DNA of 64,000 bases from Camelus dromedarius (lineage: Eukaryota), in contig NC_087436.1 in NCBI RefSeq assembly GCF_036321535.1, positions 91,390,001 to 91,454,000 on the forward strand. Direction: 5' to 3'. Under the pieces are notes generated by a model, which made no database searches, was not told where the DNA came from, and saw nothing but the letters and a program-made list of their open reading frames with translations. A program made the translations under genes and the position numbers. Shown piece after piece: positions 13,290-26,000 of this stretch (its first letter is position 1; every line of letters starts with the position of its first letter).

Positions 13290-13860
13290 CTAAAGGTATG
13301 CCATCATCTGTCCTTCCTCCTGAAGGACATAAATAAAGTTAATTAATTCATCATCTTCTCAAACCTGTCACTTCTTCAGCCTCCTACTCACTAGCACCCA
13401 TCTCTCCTCTATGTCAGCTGCCCAGTCTTTAGATGAACTGCTCTCACACTCTAGTGTATATGTATACACACAATCTAAGTCTGCATACCTATTCAATGAG
13501 GCTGTATCAAGTTTGTTTATGAGTACAGGTCCCTTCAAGGCTTGAAATGCCTTGGGTGGTCTTTGGTTGAGCCTCTGCCTTCATCTCCTACGTTCACCCT
13601 CCCTGGTACTGTTCCAGCCATGTTGGCCTCCCTGCTGCTTTTTAAACTTGCTGGGCATCTTCCCATCCTAGTATACTGCTTTAAGTTGTTCCACACTCTG
13701 GAATGCCCTTCCTTACTTCTGCAAGTTTCAAATCTCACCTTCCTGATAAGGTCCTTGCTCACCATTCTCTTTAATACTGCAACCTCCCTCTCACCTCCCT
13801 CTAACACATATGCTTTTGGTTATCTCCTATCTTATTTCACCAATTACTGCAATTAATATC
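13290..13860 (+). mobile_element. L2 LINE fragments
   Basis: 'tccagccatgttggcctccctgctg', 'ctggaatgcccttcc', 'tcaccttcctgataaggtccttgctcacc'. Confidence 0.7.
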
Positions 13861-14119
13861 CTTGTACCCGTATTTTTTCAAACTTGAAATTGTATTCTCT
13901 AACAATGAAATGGATAGAACAAAAACTATCTATGATATAAGTTTTGGTGCATATTATGATGTTCCCTTCCAAAAAGTTTATGTTAATTTATACTCCTACT
14001 AATTTTATGACTGTTTATTACATTCTAAATAAAAAATTGTTTTTCATCACTGCCTCCAGCAAAGAGTCTTAAATATGTTATTTATTTCCCTGGAAATGTC
14101 TTTTTTTTGCAAGATCAGG

Positions 14120-14375
14120 AGGAAGTATTGTAGAGTGGTAGACAAAGAGAAAAAGCTTTGGAGTCAAACATAACTGGGCTCGAATTCTGGTTCCATCCCT
14201 TACTAGATTTGTGCCCATGGAGCAAGTATCTCAAATTCTCTAAGTCATCATTCTGTGAAATGAGGAAAATTAAAACTACACTTTCATACCAAATGTTTCA
14301 AGACTTACAGAAGATATTTTGAACATTTCCTGTACCAGAGTGCATGGCAAAATCAATACATGGTAGCTATTATCT
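14120..14375 (+). mobile_element. MIR SINE
   Basis: 'gctttggagtcaaacataactgggctcgaattctggttccatcccttactag...ctgtgaaatgagga'. Confidence 0.75.
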
Positions 14376-14469
14376 CTTCATATTTGCCCATTTTTCAATA
14401 AAAGAGGTTTTGTTTTTGTTTTTGTTTTTTTTTACCAACTGAACTTAAAGTGAGTTTTGATTGGATCTG

Positions 14470-15065
14470 GGGTGAATGTTAACCAGCTCCTTCCCTAACA
14501 ACAATTTCCTCCTCCTCACCTGTTTTTAGCCAAACTGCAGATTTTTTTCTTGGGAAATTCACATCTTTTTTTTTTAGAGTATTTCTCTTTTTCCTGTGTA
14601 GCATTCATGGAATATAGATGGCTGCTAACCCCACCTCTAGCTCCATGGGAGCCCACTGATTGATGTGGGCAAATCAACATAATGACAATCCCTATTGCCA
14701 CAGTCATGGGTTGAAGGATGAATAACTACCCAAGCCTAAATCAGTGACCATGTAGTATTAGCTCTGGTCACAGTTATTGGTCCATGTTGGTCCCATCAAA
14801 CTGAAATTCAGAACTTTAATTTGATGGTTGTAGAAAGCTACAGTCTTGCCACATCCATGTAAATGAGAAAATCTGTAGCTATATTGTATCTGTGTGAAAG
14901 TATTTTGCAATTAAGGAAGCCAGTCTTAGGAAGAAGTCAACGTTTAAAAAATGAATTGAGCAAGGAGAATTGCTGAGACATTGATTACTCTTCTTGTTAA
15001 AATGATAATAAATAGAAAAAACAAAACAAAACAAAACAAACCCTGAGCTTTCTATCTCAGCTCTG
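14470..15065 (+). mobile_element. Old MaLR/ERVL LTR (MLT1K/L-like), degenerate
   Basis: 'ccccacctctagctcca', 'ctggtcacagttattggtcca', 'aggaagccagtcttaggaagaagtcaac'. Confidence 0.5.
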
Positions 15066-15389
15066 TGGATCTCTTTGAATTTTCCTTCAGCTCTCACTTA
15101 TTCGCCACCTCATATTTCCCATCAAATTTCACTAAAGAGTGTTTCCTTCTATTTAGTTCAATAAACTCTACTTGGAAACTCAAACAATAGCTTCCTCTTT
15201 TTACAATGAAGGTGTCACTTCCCTTCGGGTCCTCTGTCTGGCCGAGGCAATGCTACTGCAGCACCTTTGCTGGTCCCCTGGAGGAAAGCCAGAAGAAGCT
15301 GGCTATTTGTGGAACTGGTTTGGAATTTCAGAACACATCATAGATGACTGGGAAGGTCATTTATGAAGTTACTCTTATAACCTCTGTGA

Positions 15390-15570
15390 TGATAATAATA
15401 ATAATGGCTAAAATGTATTGATTCTTTGTAATGTGCTCCTGTATTCAGTATTTAAATGGCATCCTCTCAACTTCTTTATGAGTTAGGTGTTATTATTATC
15501 TCCAATTTACATTTGGAAATCTGAGATTTAGAAAATCTATAGAACGTGCCTAAGGTCGCACAGTGATGAG
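15390..15570 (-). mobile_element. MIR fragment
   Basis: 'tatgagttaggtgttattattatctccaatttaca...gcctaaggtcgcacag'. Confidence 0.7.
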
Positions 15571-17159
15571 AACTAAAGAAAGCATCATAGATACTAGTGA
15601 TTCAGCTTAAGAAAAACTCTCAATTTCTTTGGAGGTAGTCATAAGCTATAGCCTTTTCATGCCTTCCAAAATTCAAATTATTCAGGGGAAACTTCCTTCC
15701 ATTTACAATGAGAGGAACAACTAAGAATAATATATATACGTATACACACACATGTATTTCCATTTTCCATTTCCTTTTAGATTCCAGGGATAGGCCATGC
15801 CTTTGGAATTGATGCTACTCACTCTAGACAGGATTTGAAAGCAAATATCTTTCAAAAATAGACTTGTTCATTCTCAGAGTTAAAAAAGACTTCATAAAGT
15901 TGATCTTAAGAAACTTTTGAGTAAGGGAGTTGACGAGTAAAATTAGAACAGTTCTTGGCTCCTAAGGAATCAAGTTCCTACATTCCTGAAACTTATATTC
16001 TTGTTATAAGTGACAATTATTTGCCCAAAAATGTGGGAATAATTACCAGAAATACAAATATACCAAACAGGTGACTAAAAGGATGATAAATTAATCTCCA
16101 TTCAAAAGACAAACATTAATGAAACATTAAACTTAAAATCAAGTGAGCCAAATCCATTTTGGTTTTCTCCTTTCCTCCGTATTATATATCATCTTCTCTA
16201 GGCAGAGTGACTCTGAAAGCCTTTGCATGGAGATCATTTGCATAATGGCTTCTCTATTTTCCTTTTGTATCTAGTAAATGGATTTAGAATATTCCTATTA
16301 TTTCCATCATTGGACTGTTAGAAATCAGTCTCTCTGATTTGGAAAATATAGAATTGTTTAAATATTATAATATTTTGGGTTACACAATCCTTGCAAACAC
16401 AGGTTTCTGGAGTCCAGATTGGACTGGGATAATGACTGGTTCAAATAAAAATACACAACAATAGCAACAATAATAAACAAAACAATGACAAGAACAACAA
16501 AAAATCTCTCAGATTCTTAAAATACATGGTGTCTGTTCCTGTACACCACCCCAGGATTCTAACCTATCTGGACAACCAAAAAAGGAGGAGATGGACCTTG
16601 ATAATTTTGCTAGAGATTGTTTGAATGACTGAAAACATTTCTGTTTTTTTGTTTGTTTGTTTTTGTTTTTTTGCAAAGAGATTCACTCATACTTGCTATA
16701 ATAATTTTTTTCTAGTATCTGAAACTGGATTAAATGTAAATGTCACATCAATATATGAAGTTTTATATTTTCCTTTGATACAAACATTTTATCAGAACTT
16801 TTATTAGTCAAAAGCACAGATTTGGTGGAACTCTGGTATCTCTCTTTTGCTAGAGTCTAATAATGTTTTTTTAAACTTGAACTGGAAAATAAACTATTTT
16901 GGTGATACATATGATAACCACCTTCTGGGAAGCAACTGTATTTCTGATGAAATGCGTAAGTAATTTCTGAGGGAAAATAATGGGCCTGCTGTTTTTTCTA
17001 GGAAAGTGTTAACCTAGAGATCCAGAAGACTGCCAGCCAAGAGTCTAATGACCTTTAACCAGACATTTCTTCTTTTCCTATGAACTCTAAAAGTAATCTT
17101 TCTAATTATCAATGATATCAATAATTAGTCTGATTCTTTTCCATAAATATCTCAGCTAA

Positions 17160-18392
17160 GAGATAAATATTCTTTCAGTGAATGTTCTTGGGACAACTGG
17201 ATACTCACATGCAAAGAATTAAAGTTGGATTCTTATCTACCATCATACACAAAAATTAACTCAAAATTGATCATAGACCTAAAATTATAAAACTCTCAGA
17301 AGGAAATAAGCATCAATCTTCATGACCTTAGTTTAGGTAATGGTTTCTCAGACATGACATCAAAAGTATGAATATTCAAAGAAAACATAGATAACTTGGA
17401 TTTCAGTGAAATTAAAAACTTTTGTGTTTCAAATGACAGGACAGGACACCATCAAGAAAGAAAACTCATAAAGTGGGAAGAAATGTTTTCAAATCATGTA
17501 TCTAATAATGAAGTTGTATCTAGAATATATAAAGAATTCATACAACTCAACAATAAAAAGGGAAAACACTCAATTAAAAATGGACAAAGGATCTGAATAC
17601 ACATTTCTCCAAAGATACAAATGGCAAACAAACTCATAAGAAAAGTTGCTTAAGATAATTTTTCATCAGGGAAATGCAAATCAAAATCATAATACAATGC
17701 ACTTCCAACGGTATTGCTGAGGATGTGGAGAAACTGGAACACTTATACATCTCTGGTAAGAATACAAAATGGTGCAGCTGCTTAGGAAAAGAGTTTGGCA
17801 ATTCCTTAAAAAGTTAAAATAGGGTTATCATATGGCCCTGTGATTCTACTTTTAAGTATATATGCAAGAGAATTGAAAAATCATGTCCACACAAAAGCTT
17901 GTACATAAATGTTCATATCAATATTCTTCATAATAGCCAAAAAGTGTAGATTCCCAAATGCCCATCAGCTGATGAGTGTGTAGACTGTGGCATTTCCATG
18001 CAATGGGAAATTCCTCAGCAACAAAAATAAAGTATTAGTATATGTCACAACTTGAATGAACCCTGAAAACATACTAAGTGAAAGAAACCAGTCACAAAAG
18101 ACCACATATGGTATGATCCCATTTATATAAAATTTCCAGAATAGGCAAATCTATTGAGATGTAAAGTACATTAGTGGCTTCCTAGAACTGGGTCCAGGCA
18201 TGTGAAGATGATAAGAGGGAAACCACTGCTAATAGTTACAAAGTTTCTTTGGGGGAGTGATGGAAATGTTCTAAAAATACATAATAGTAATGCTTGCACA
18301 ACTCTGTGAATACTCTAAAACCCACAAAATCGTGTCCTTGTAAGGGTGAATTTTATGGTATGTGATTTATATCTCAATAAAGCTGTTAAAAA
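17160..18392 (+). mobile_element. L1 (L1MB-like) ORF2 3' part plus 3' UTR
   Basis: 'tacacaaaaattaactcaaaa'; ORF 17396-17596 resembles the ORF2p C-terminus (SRIYKEFIQLNNKK); ends 'ggtgaattttatggtatgtgatttatatctcaataaagctgttaaaaa'. Confidence 0.9.
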
Positions 18393-19179
18393 TGAGAACT
18401 ATTTGATTGGTCTGTTTAAGGCCATTTACTTTGAAGAAAGATTATAGTAAAACTTTGAACTATAATTATAAATCCACATCTTTGTAAAAAAAAAATAAGG
18501 GGAAAATCCTTTTTTGTAACTAAAAAAGTCTTAGCTTAATTTTATCTCTTGCTAATTATTACTCATGAAATTCTTTTTCTCATCTCTCTGAAACTTAGAC
18601 AGCTAATTAGAAACTGCGCTTTGGGCTTTACTGAAGTGACACTTATTCATTTTAGTAGGATTTGCTGCATTAAAAAAAATAAAGAGGGAGAATTTTTTTT
18701 AAGATTGACAGAAAGCACAATTTTTTCACCTTTGGAATCTTCTCTCCTAGGATATTCCCAGTCTACTTCTCAAGCCTTGTTCTTTTGCCATCTTTAATTT
18801 GTATATTTCTGGAATGTCATATCTTAAATAAAACAAAATCTGTGCAGATGATTAATACACTCTCTTAACTGCAGACTCGGATGCACAATCCTAACATGTG
18901 TTCTTCCTAGTCCTGACTAGAATTTTGTCCCTACAGTAAACACCTCTCTAGTCCATGATCATCCTTGTCTAAGAATTCTAACCCCACCCAGACAGCCATA
19001 TGTATTTCGTGTCAGGGGGTAGATGTGTGGCCTAAGTTGGGCCAAATGGGTTCCAAGGATAATTCCAATGAAGTGTGTTACATGATATTTCATGATTAAT
19101 GCAAGGTTCTATGGAAACACACAGGATAGAATCTTAACCCTGGCTGAAGGAGTGCATAACCAGGCTCAAAGAACACTGG

Positions 19180-19320
<141 letters not shown>

Positions 19321-20632
19321 AAAGATATCTGCAGTGTTGGACTATCCCAAGGTCTTCTTTGCTCTAAAACATCTGATATTCACAAAATCTCCTCACTCCT
19401 TCTGAAAGTTCCTGTTCTTGAACACAGTGATACCTAAAGAGTAATAAGAAGGGAGATGCTCCAGAGTTGGGTGTTCTACTTTCTCAAAATTTTTCAATCT
19501 CAGCAGGATTTGCTTTTACATTCCTGGTTCTAGGGGGGCCAGAATGAGAGGAAAAGAAGAAAGTATATGCAGAGTATTGCAGAGGATTCTCATTTTTGAG
19601 ATGCAAAAAGGCTAAAAAATGTATAATGTTTTTTATTTTGGACACATGTGAAGACAAGCTTTGCTGGAGCAGAGGTAAGCATCACTCCTATGATTTATGG
19701 TGCACTGATGCTAACAAAGAGATATAAACATTGAATTTCTAATAAAGAGATAAAAATTAAATTTTCTTTATCAAAATTAGCTTAAGAATGCAAGAAGAAA
19801 TATAACGTTTGGGAAAATTGTCTTTTGAGAATTGAAACACATTTGAAAACTCAAAATACCCTGATTCCAGTAATAAAATATGCTTGTTTAATTACATTTC
19901 TGCTCAGCTAGTTTAGAAAGTATACTTCTTTGACAACTGAGAAAACAAAAATTGGACATCATTATCCTTGAATACCTGAGGGCACATGGTATTTATGCTT
20001 AGTATAAAATAATTGAATCCAAGCCGAGACACTTGGGAACAATTATAGAGCAAGCTGTTTATTTTCCATACCGTATAGTACCTTTTGGGAAAGTCATGAC
20101 TTCCCATTTTAAAAACAAAACAAAATCCTCCTTAGATTTTTTTTTTGTCACCTAGTTTCACTTTTTATCTCACCTTTTCTTCGCTCCTTTACATGTTTAC
20201 CTCTGTTCGTTAGCTGGAACTTACAAACCATTTTCTCAGACATAATTACTTTCTCTGAAGTATTTGATGCAGCTGCTCCTTCTCCTGGCTTCCATAACAC
20301 TGGCCTCTCATAGTTTTCAGTCCTTTTTTTTTTTCAATCTTGGTACAGTCCATATTATTTCATTTTAATTTAATTCAGTCCAATTTATATTCTGGAGAAC
20401 GATATTATTATGTGCTCAGCAACGTGTTATGTGTTGAGAATACTGAGATCAACAACAGGTCTTTCCCATCGAAAAACTCACTCTCTAATTGGAAGGATGG
20501 TTTATCGATAGGCAGTAGGCTGTGAGATCACAGAAGAGGGATGCTCCCCCACAGCTGATGGGATCAGGAAAGATGTTTTGGGGCAGATGGCATATGATCT
20601 GCGTTCTTAAGAACAAATAAGAGTTAACCATA

Positions 20633-21101
20633 TGTGGTAAATCTGTCTACTGTTACCTATGTTTTTTTCTTCCGCAGCAATATAGCTGCGTCTAGTCTAT
20701 AGTTGCCTAGCCAAAGACGGTAAACCTCAGCCCTTCGGAGAGACATGACATCATCTGATCAAGCTCTTGCCAAAGGAGAATGAGTAGAAAGCATGCATGC
20801 TACTTCCAGCAATGGTCCATGAAACTGGGAGTTCACTCTTCCACAACTTTCTATCCCCCACGGACTGTGATGGTGGTAATGACAGCAACCTTGGAAGCCG
20901 TGCGTCAATGGCAGAGCCACTGTCAGCTTTGAACTCAGAATAACCGTGCAGAGAAGAGCTGTATCCCTTCATGTCCCAGACCGAAACACCTACCCTGGAC
21001 TACTGCATGAAAAAGAAAAGCTTCTATTGCAGTTGGGTCACTGCATTATCTTTTTGGATCTCTTTGCTCTAGCAGTTTAGTCTGTTCCAACTATATTCAT
21101 A
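20633..21101 (+). mobile_element. MaLR solo LTR (MLT1I/J-like) nested in L2
   Basis: Starts 'tgtggt'; 'caaccttggaagcc', 'atggcagagccactgtcagc', 'ctttgctctagcagtttag'. Confidence 0.7.
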
Positions 21102-21424
21102 CTTAGGATTAAGGAAGACATTTCTGTCAAAGAGGGTAACTCAAGTTACCCTCGTCACTCAAGAAGAGAATATTAGGGAAAATAGGGCGAGATGTGAGGT
21201 TGAATTGAGAAAACCCAAGCATGGCTGACCTCAATGACCTGGAAAAGATGATGAATTCTACACATTAAAAAATGTGAAAGTATTGTGGGATTTTTAGGAA
21301 GTAGAGTAAGATGATTTAGCTTTGACAGCAGTATGTATAAAAGTTTGGAGGGTGTCAGTGCAGGAGGAAGAAGGCAGTCAAAGGGCTTCTACAGACACTG
21401 AGATGAGAAAACAGGACAGCCTGA

Positions 21425-21630
21425 AGTGTGTGAGAATGAAGATTCTGGTGTTGGATGCTTGGAGTTAGAGTCCTGGCTGTACCGTGTACTAGATGAATGA
21501 CATCCCATAAAGTGAAGATAATTTGGAACCTATTTTACAAGATTACTTTGTGAATTAAATGTGGTAATCTCCATAAAGTGATTAAACCCAGCTCTAGACA
21601 AACAATAATGAGCACTGCCCCTGCTACAGA
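21425..21630 (+). mobile_element. MIR fragment within L2
   Basis: 'gattctggtgttggatgcttggagttagagtcctggctgtacc', 'gtgaattaaatgtggtaat'. Confidence 0.55.
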
Positions 21631-21861
21631 TATGACATGGCTAGTAGCTTTAAGATGGCAAAAATGGGTAGGAGGGCATTTTAAAGAGAGACTTACCTGG
21701 TAGCATTCACTGGATTTGGAAACCAATCGGATTAGTAGAGTGAGAGAGACAGAGTCAACACTTATTCCCAGAATTCTAATTTAAGGATTGACGTGGATGT
21801 TGGTGCCGTTTTAAAAGATAAGGAAAACTTAAGGAGATAGAAGTAAAGATAGAGATAGGGA

Positions 21862-21863
<2 letters not shown>

Positions 21864-21912
<49 letters not shown>
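21864..21912 (+). repeat. Compound (TG)n(AG)n microsatellite
   Basis: Direct read. Confidence 0.95.
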
Positions 21913-22367
21913 ACAACTATGATGGGGGTGGCAATAGAATGGTGACATATAATTCCTGCAATTTTAAATATATTGAATTTGTGGATCATCTAAGGGGGAA
22001 TATCCAACAGGAAATTGAATGTATTGTTCTGGCATCTTTGTCCATTATTCATTCCCCTTGGGCAATTATGAAATAAACTTTGTGGAGTATGACCTTTTCT
22101 CCTTATTTGCTGAATGTCTCTTTCCTGGCAAAGGAGACTGCCAGGAGTTATTTTACAAACATATGCTATTTTGGACCAAGCTCATGGGTTCTCCCTCAAC
22201 AAAAAAATTAGTAAGTCATGGATCTATTTGGTGTACCAGTAGTCATACGGAAAATTCTTTACCAGAAATTACTCTCTGCCTTATTTCTTTACTAAATGAT
22301 CCATATTCCCTCCCCTACAACATACTTTAATGGGTATTTATCTTCAGGTCATCTGAAATGAGAGACA

Positions 22368-22530
22368 TGTGGTATGATGGTCAGTGTTTTGTGTCAATTT
22401 GTCCAATTATTCAATCAAATATTAATCTAAGTGTTGTTATGAAGTGATTATGCAGATATGATTCACATCTATAATAAGTTTGCTTTAAGTAAAGATTAGC
22501 CTAGAAAATCTGGGAGGATCTTATTAGAAA
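22368..22530 (+). mobile_element. ERVL LTR 5' fragment (MLT2-like)
   Basis: 'tgatggtcagtgttttgtgtcaattt...attaatctaagtgttgttatgaag...ctttaagtaaag'. Confidence 0.7.
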
Positions 22531-22619
22531 GAATCATTCTGAGCTGATCTTTGTGGTAGAGCTAATATCCTCTAAATGACTGGATGATTCTAAGCTTTTT
22601 TTCCATCTTATTTCTTACA

Positions 22620-23760
22620 GTTTGAGATTTACAAGTAGTGTAATGGATTAGATTTTATTAAAACTAGCAAAAGAATAAATATATGTGAAACATAAAAAGA
22701 TGACTTAGAAACCTATGACAAACTGGGAGAATATATTTGCAATGGACAAAGGATTTGCATCCAGAATTTATTAAAAGTTTTGCATAGCAATGAAAAAGAG
22801 ACCAATAACTCAAAAGATGATTGAGAAAAGTACAGAACTAGGAAAATTTTAGAAAAACAAAATTTTCCATCTTTCTCATAACAAAGGAAATATTTTTTTT
22901 TAATTGCCACTTCACACGTACGTAAATGAGAAAGAAATAAGTCTCATGGTATTAAGTGTTGGGAAGTATCTGGGATAAATAGAAAACTCTGAAATTTGAT
23001 GCACCTATAAACAGAATCACAGTGGAGAATAATTGAATCATCTTTACTAAAAATAGAACTATATATTCACTAGATCCAGAAATTCTGTTATTAGATACAT
23101 ACAAAATAATTTCTTAAAAATATTTACATCGTTGTGCTTGTTTTGACAAAGCAAAACAAAACAAAAAATAATGTACCTCAAAAGTAAAACACTGATTAAA
23201 AGACAAGTATTAAACCATAGAAAATGATACTAAAATGATACTAAACATAATTTAATGATATTAAATATAATTAAAGCATACACATGCCTCTGTATATGGT
23301 AGAATGGCTGGGTGTATATTCTTCTAGAATATATAATCTATGTGACCTTGTGCAATTTTAACTCTCTGTGCCTTAATTTTCTCATCTATAAAATCCTTTG
23401 TTTTGATAATTAAATGAGTTAACACGTGAAAAGCAATTAGAAACACTTAGAAGATTCCCTGCTTCATAGTGAATGTTCAACAAAAAAAGAAAGTCAATAT
23501 TTAAAAATCTTCCTTCTGTTTCTCCTCCTCCTTCTTTATATTAAAACTTGGACTAAAGAACAGACATCAGTTTATGATAGTGCTTGTCGCTGGGGTGGAG
23601 GTAAATGAGACCAAGGAATAAAGTATAAATGGGCCTCAACTTTATCAGTAATATTTTTTTATTTATTTAAAGATATAAGACAAATATAAGAAATCATTAC
23701 TATTTGTCTGCTTCATGTAGTGAACTCAAGGATATTTGTATATTATTCTCTAAACTTGTT
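22620..23760 (+). mobile_element. Old L1 (L1ME/L1MC-like) remnants, with a MIR at ~23300-23490
   Basis: 'caaactgggagaatatatttgcaat', 'atccagaatttattaaaa', 'gatccagaaattct'; MIR core 'tgtgaccttgtgcaattttaactctctgtgccttaattttctcatctataaaat'. Confidence 0.65.
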
Positions 23761-23908
23761 TCCAAAAAAAAAAAAAGCCCTCGAATTATGATGAGGTATT
23801 TGAAAATTTTACATATTTGATTCATCATTGGCCCTATTCTATAATAGTGGATAGTTTTAAAAAATGAGCTTATGAAAATAACTGGTTAGAGAGTTTGGCA
23901 GCAGGTTA

Positions 23909-24387
23909 CCTGCATACCTCGTTTTGCTGTGCTTCACTTTCTTAGATTTTGCAGATGCTGTGTGGTTTTTTCTGTTGTTGTTTGTTTGTTTTTTGCAAAT
24001 TGAAACTTTGTGGCAATCCTGCATCAAGCAAGTCTATCAACCTCATTTTCCCAACAGCATTTGCTCACTTCATGTCTCTGTGTCACATTTTGGTAATTCT
24101 CAGCATATTTCAAATTTTATCATGATTATTATGATTATATTTGTTATGGTAATTTGTGATCAGTCATCTGATGACAGCATTTTTTAGCAATCAGGTATTT
24201 TTAATTAAGGTATGTACATTGTTTTTTAAACATAATGCTATTGCACACTTAATAAACTACAGTATAGTGTAAACATAACTTTCACATGCACTGGGAAGCC
24301 AAAACATTCATGTGATTTGCTTTATTGCAATATGTGCTTTATTGTGGTGGTCTGGAACCAAACCTCAGTATCTCTGAGGTACACCTG
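23909..24387 (+). mobile_element. Non-autonomous Tigger1 (TcMar) internal-deletion derivative, Tigger1a-like
   Basis: Degenerate TIRs 'cctgcatacctc' and 'gaggtacacctg'; preceded by TA, followed by TG; both Tigger1 ends present without transposase. Confidence 0.88.
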
Positions 24388-25399
24388 TGTTTATATTTCC
24401 TATATTCCAAGTGAACAGGGCTCATTATGAGCCTACAAATGCGATATTGTATATGTTATGCTGAAACAAGTGTGGAAGTATCTAGCCAAGCTTGAAAATG
24501 GAAAGGGTCTGAAGTTAGCATTTGCAGGAAAAAGAAAAGTGTAATGTTTGTTCCCCATTATTCTTTAAAGAAGCAGAGAGAGAAAGAAAGATCCAAGCCA
24601 GCCGGGCCTGTCCATGCTGAGAGGAACATTCATTCACTCTGCTTAGTGAAGTTTCTCTACGGTGGGGCCCTTCCATTCTGGAATATAAGACACGACTCTG
24701 ATTTCAATGATCTTGTCCTACTCTCTTTGTAAATCTAATTCTATTTGTCAGACTTGTTAGACTTGTTAGACTTGTTCCAAATTTTAGTTTGAAAGCTATC
24801 AACAATGTGATTATTACAAGTAAAATTTCCAAAAAAGAAAAGGTTGGTTAAGATTACAGAGTAAGTTGATTAATTTTTCAGGCCTTAGAGAACACATTTT
24901 GATGTAATTATTATTTAAAAAAATAAATCATGTATCTTAGTTGTTGAAAAAAATATAGTCCTTACTCTCTCCTTCTATGTTATCTTACTTCATATATTAA
25001 GATGACCCTGAGCCATTCTAAGTCCTTTCACTGTTTGCCAGATGGAAAATGGTGTGTAGCAGAAATGTTACCAGTTAATCTAATGGGGGTGGTGGCTGAG
25101 TTTATATTCAGTAAGCATTTCTTATAACTTTTATTATAAAACATTTGATCAACTATAATTATATAGTACATTTACTCCCTCAACCAGAAATAACTCTAGC
25201 CTGCTAAATAGAATAAGAAATTAATGACAGCATTCAGTGTTCTTAAACTGAGTTTAAATGAAACAAACAGGAGTATGTAGGTTCTAGAAAGGCAACGGAA
25301 AAGAGAAAAAAAAAAATGTGGCTAAAGTGGGCTTCCAAACCAACCTAGCCAGTGCTTAGAAAGGAAACTAGAAGTTAGAGACTAAGTGATATTTTGTGA

Positions 25400-26000
25400 A
25401 TTAAAAGTTTCAAGGAAAAAAGACAAATAGTTAAAAAAAAAAAAAAAAACTAAAAGCGGCAATTGTAGCTGTAGTAATTACACAGAATAAATTGCGCTTC
25501 TGCGATGATTATAGGCAAAGAGAAATACTAGAGAAGAAATCAATGAAAGACATGAAAATAATATCAGCTCTAAAATATCTAAGAGCTCCTATCTAGTTAG
25601 TTCTCTTTTTATACTTATCTTTAAAAAAACATATTAAGAAGAGATCTTGGCAAAATGTAACCATGTTAAAATAATAAAGATATATGAAAAATGAAAGATT
25701 CTTTAGAGGAAAATGCACATAAATCTTGAAGTTTATGTAATTAAGATAAAAGCTTAGCAGGATCAATGTGTTTTAAAAAATTAAATGTCTTGTGATTTTT
25801 TAGAGTTATGAGTTATGAATTGAAGTAAAAAGAATTGCATCAGTAGGAAAAAATGAAAACCTCAAGAATATAGTGAAATAAATATATTGTGATGGGAGAA
25901 AAAAAACCTTCCAAATTCTGGAAACCAATAGAAGTATAATTTAGCACCCCAAATGCTGAAAACAAACATACAAAAAAAAAACCCCTCCAAAAAATCCAAA
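25400..26000 (+). mobile_element. Very old A-rich L1/HAL1-like remnant
   Basis: A-rich strand bias and weak ORF1-like phrases only. Confidence 0.3.

Larger units (their letters stand above)
20370..22020 (-). mobile_element. L2 LINE, interrupted by a MaLR LTR, a MIR and a microsatellite
   Basis: L2 3' end antisense ~20370-20630 ('gggatcaggaaagatgtttt'); resumes ~21105; continues to 'gaatatccaacaggaaattgaat'. Confidence 0.7.

Noticed and set aside
24750..24776. (agacttgtt)x3 micro-tandem
   Set aside because: Ordinary slippage repeat with no further structure
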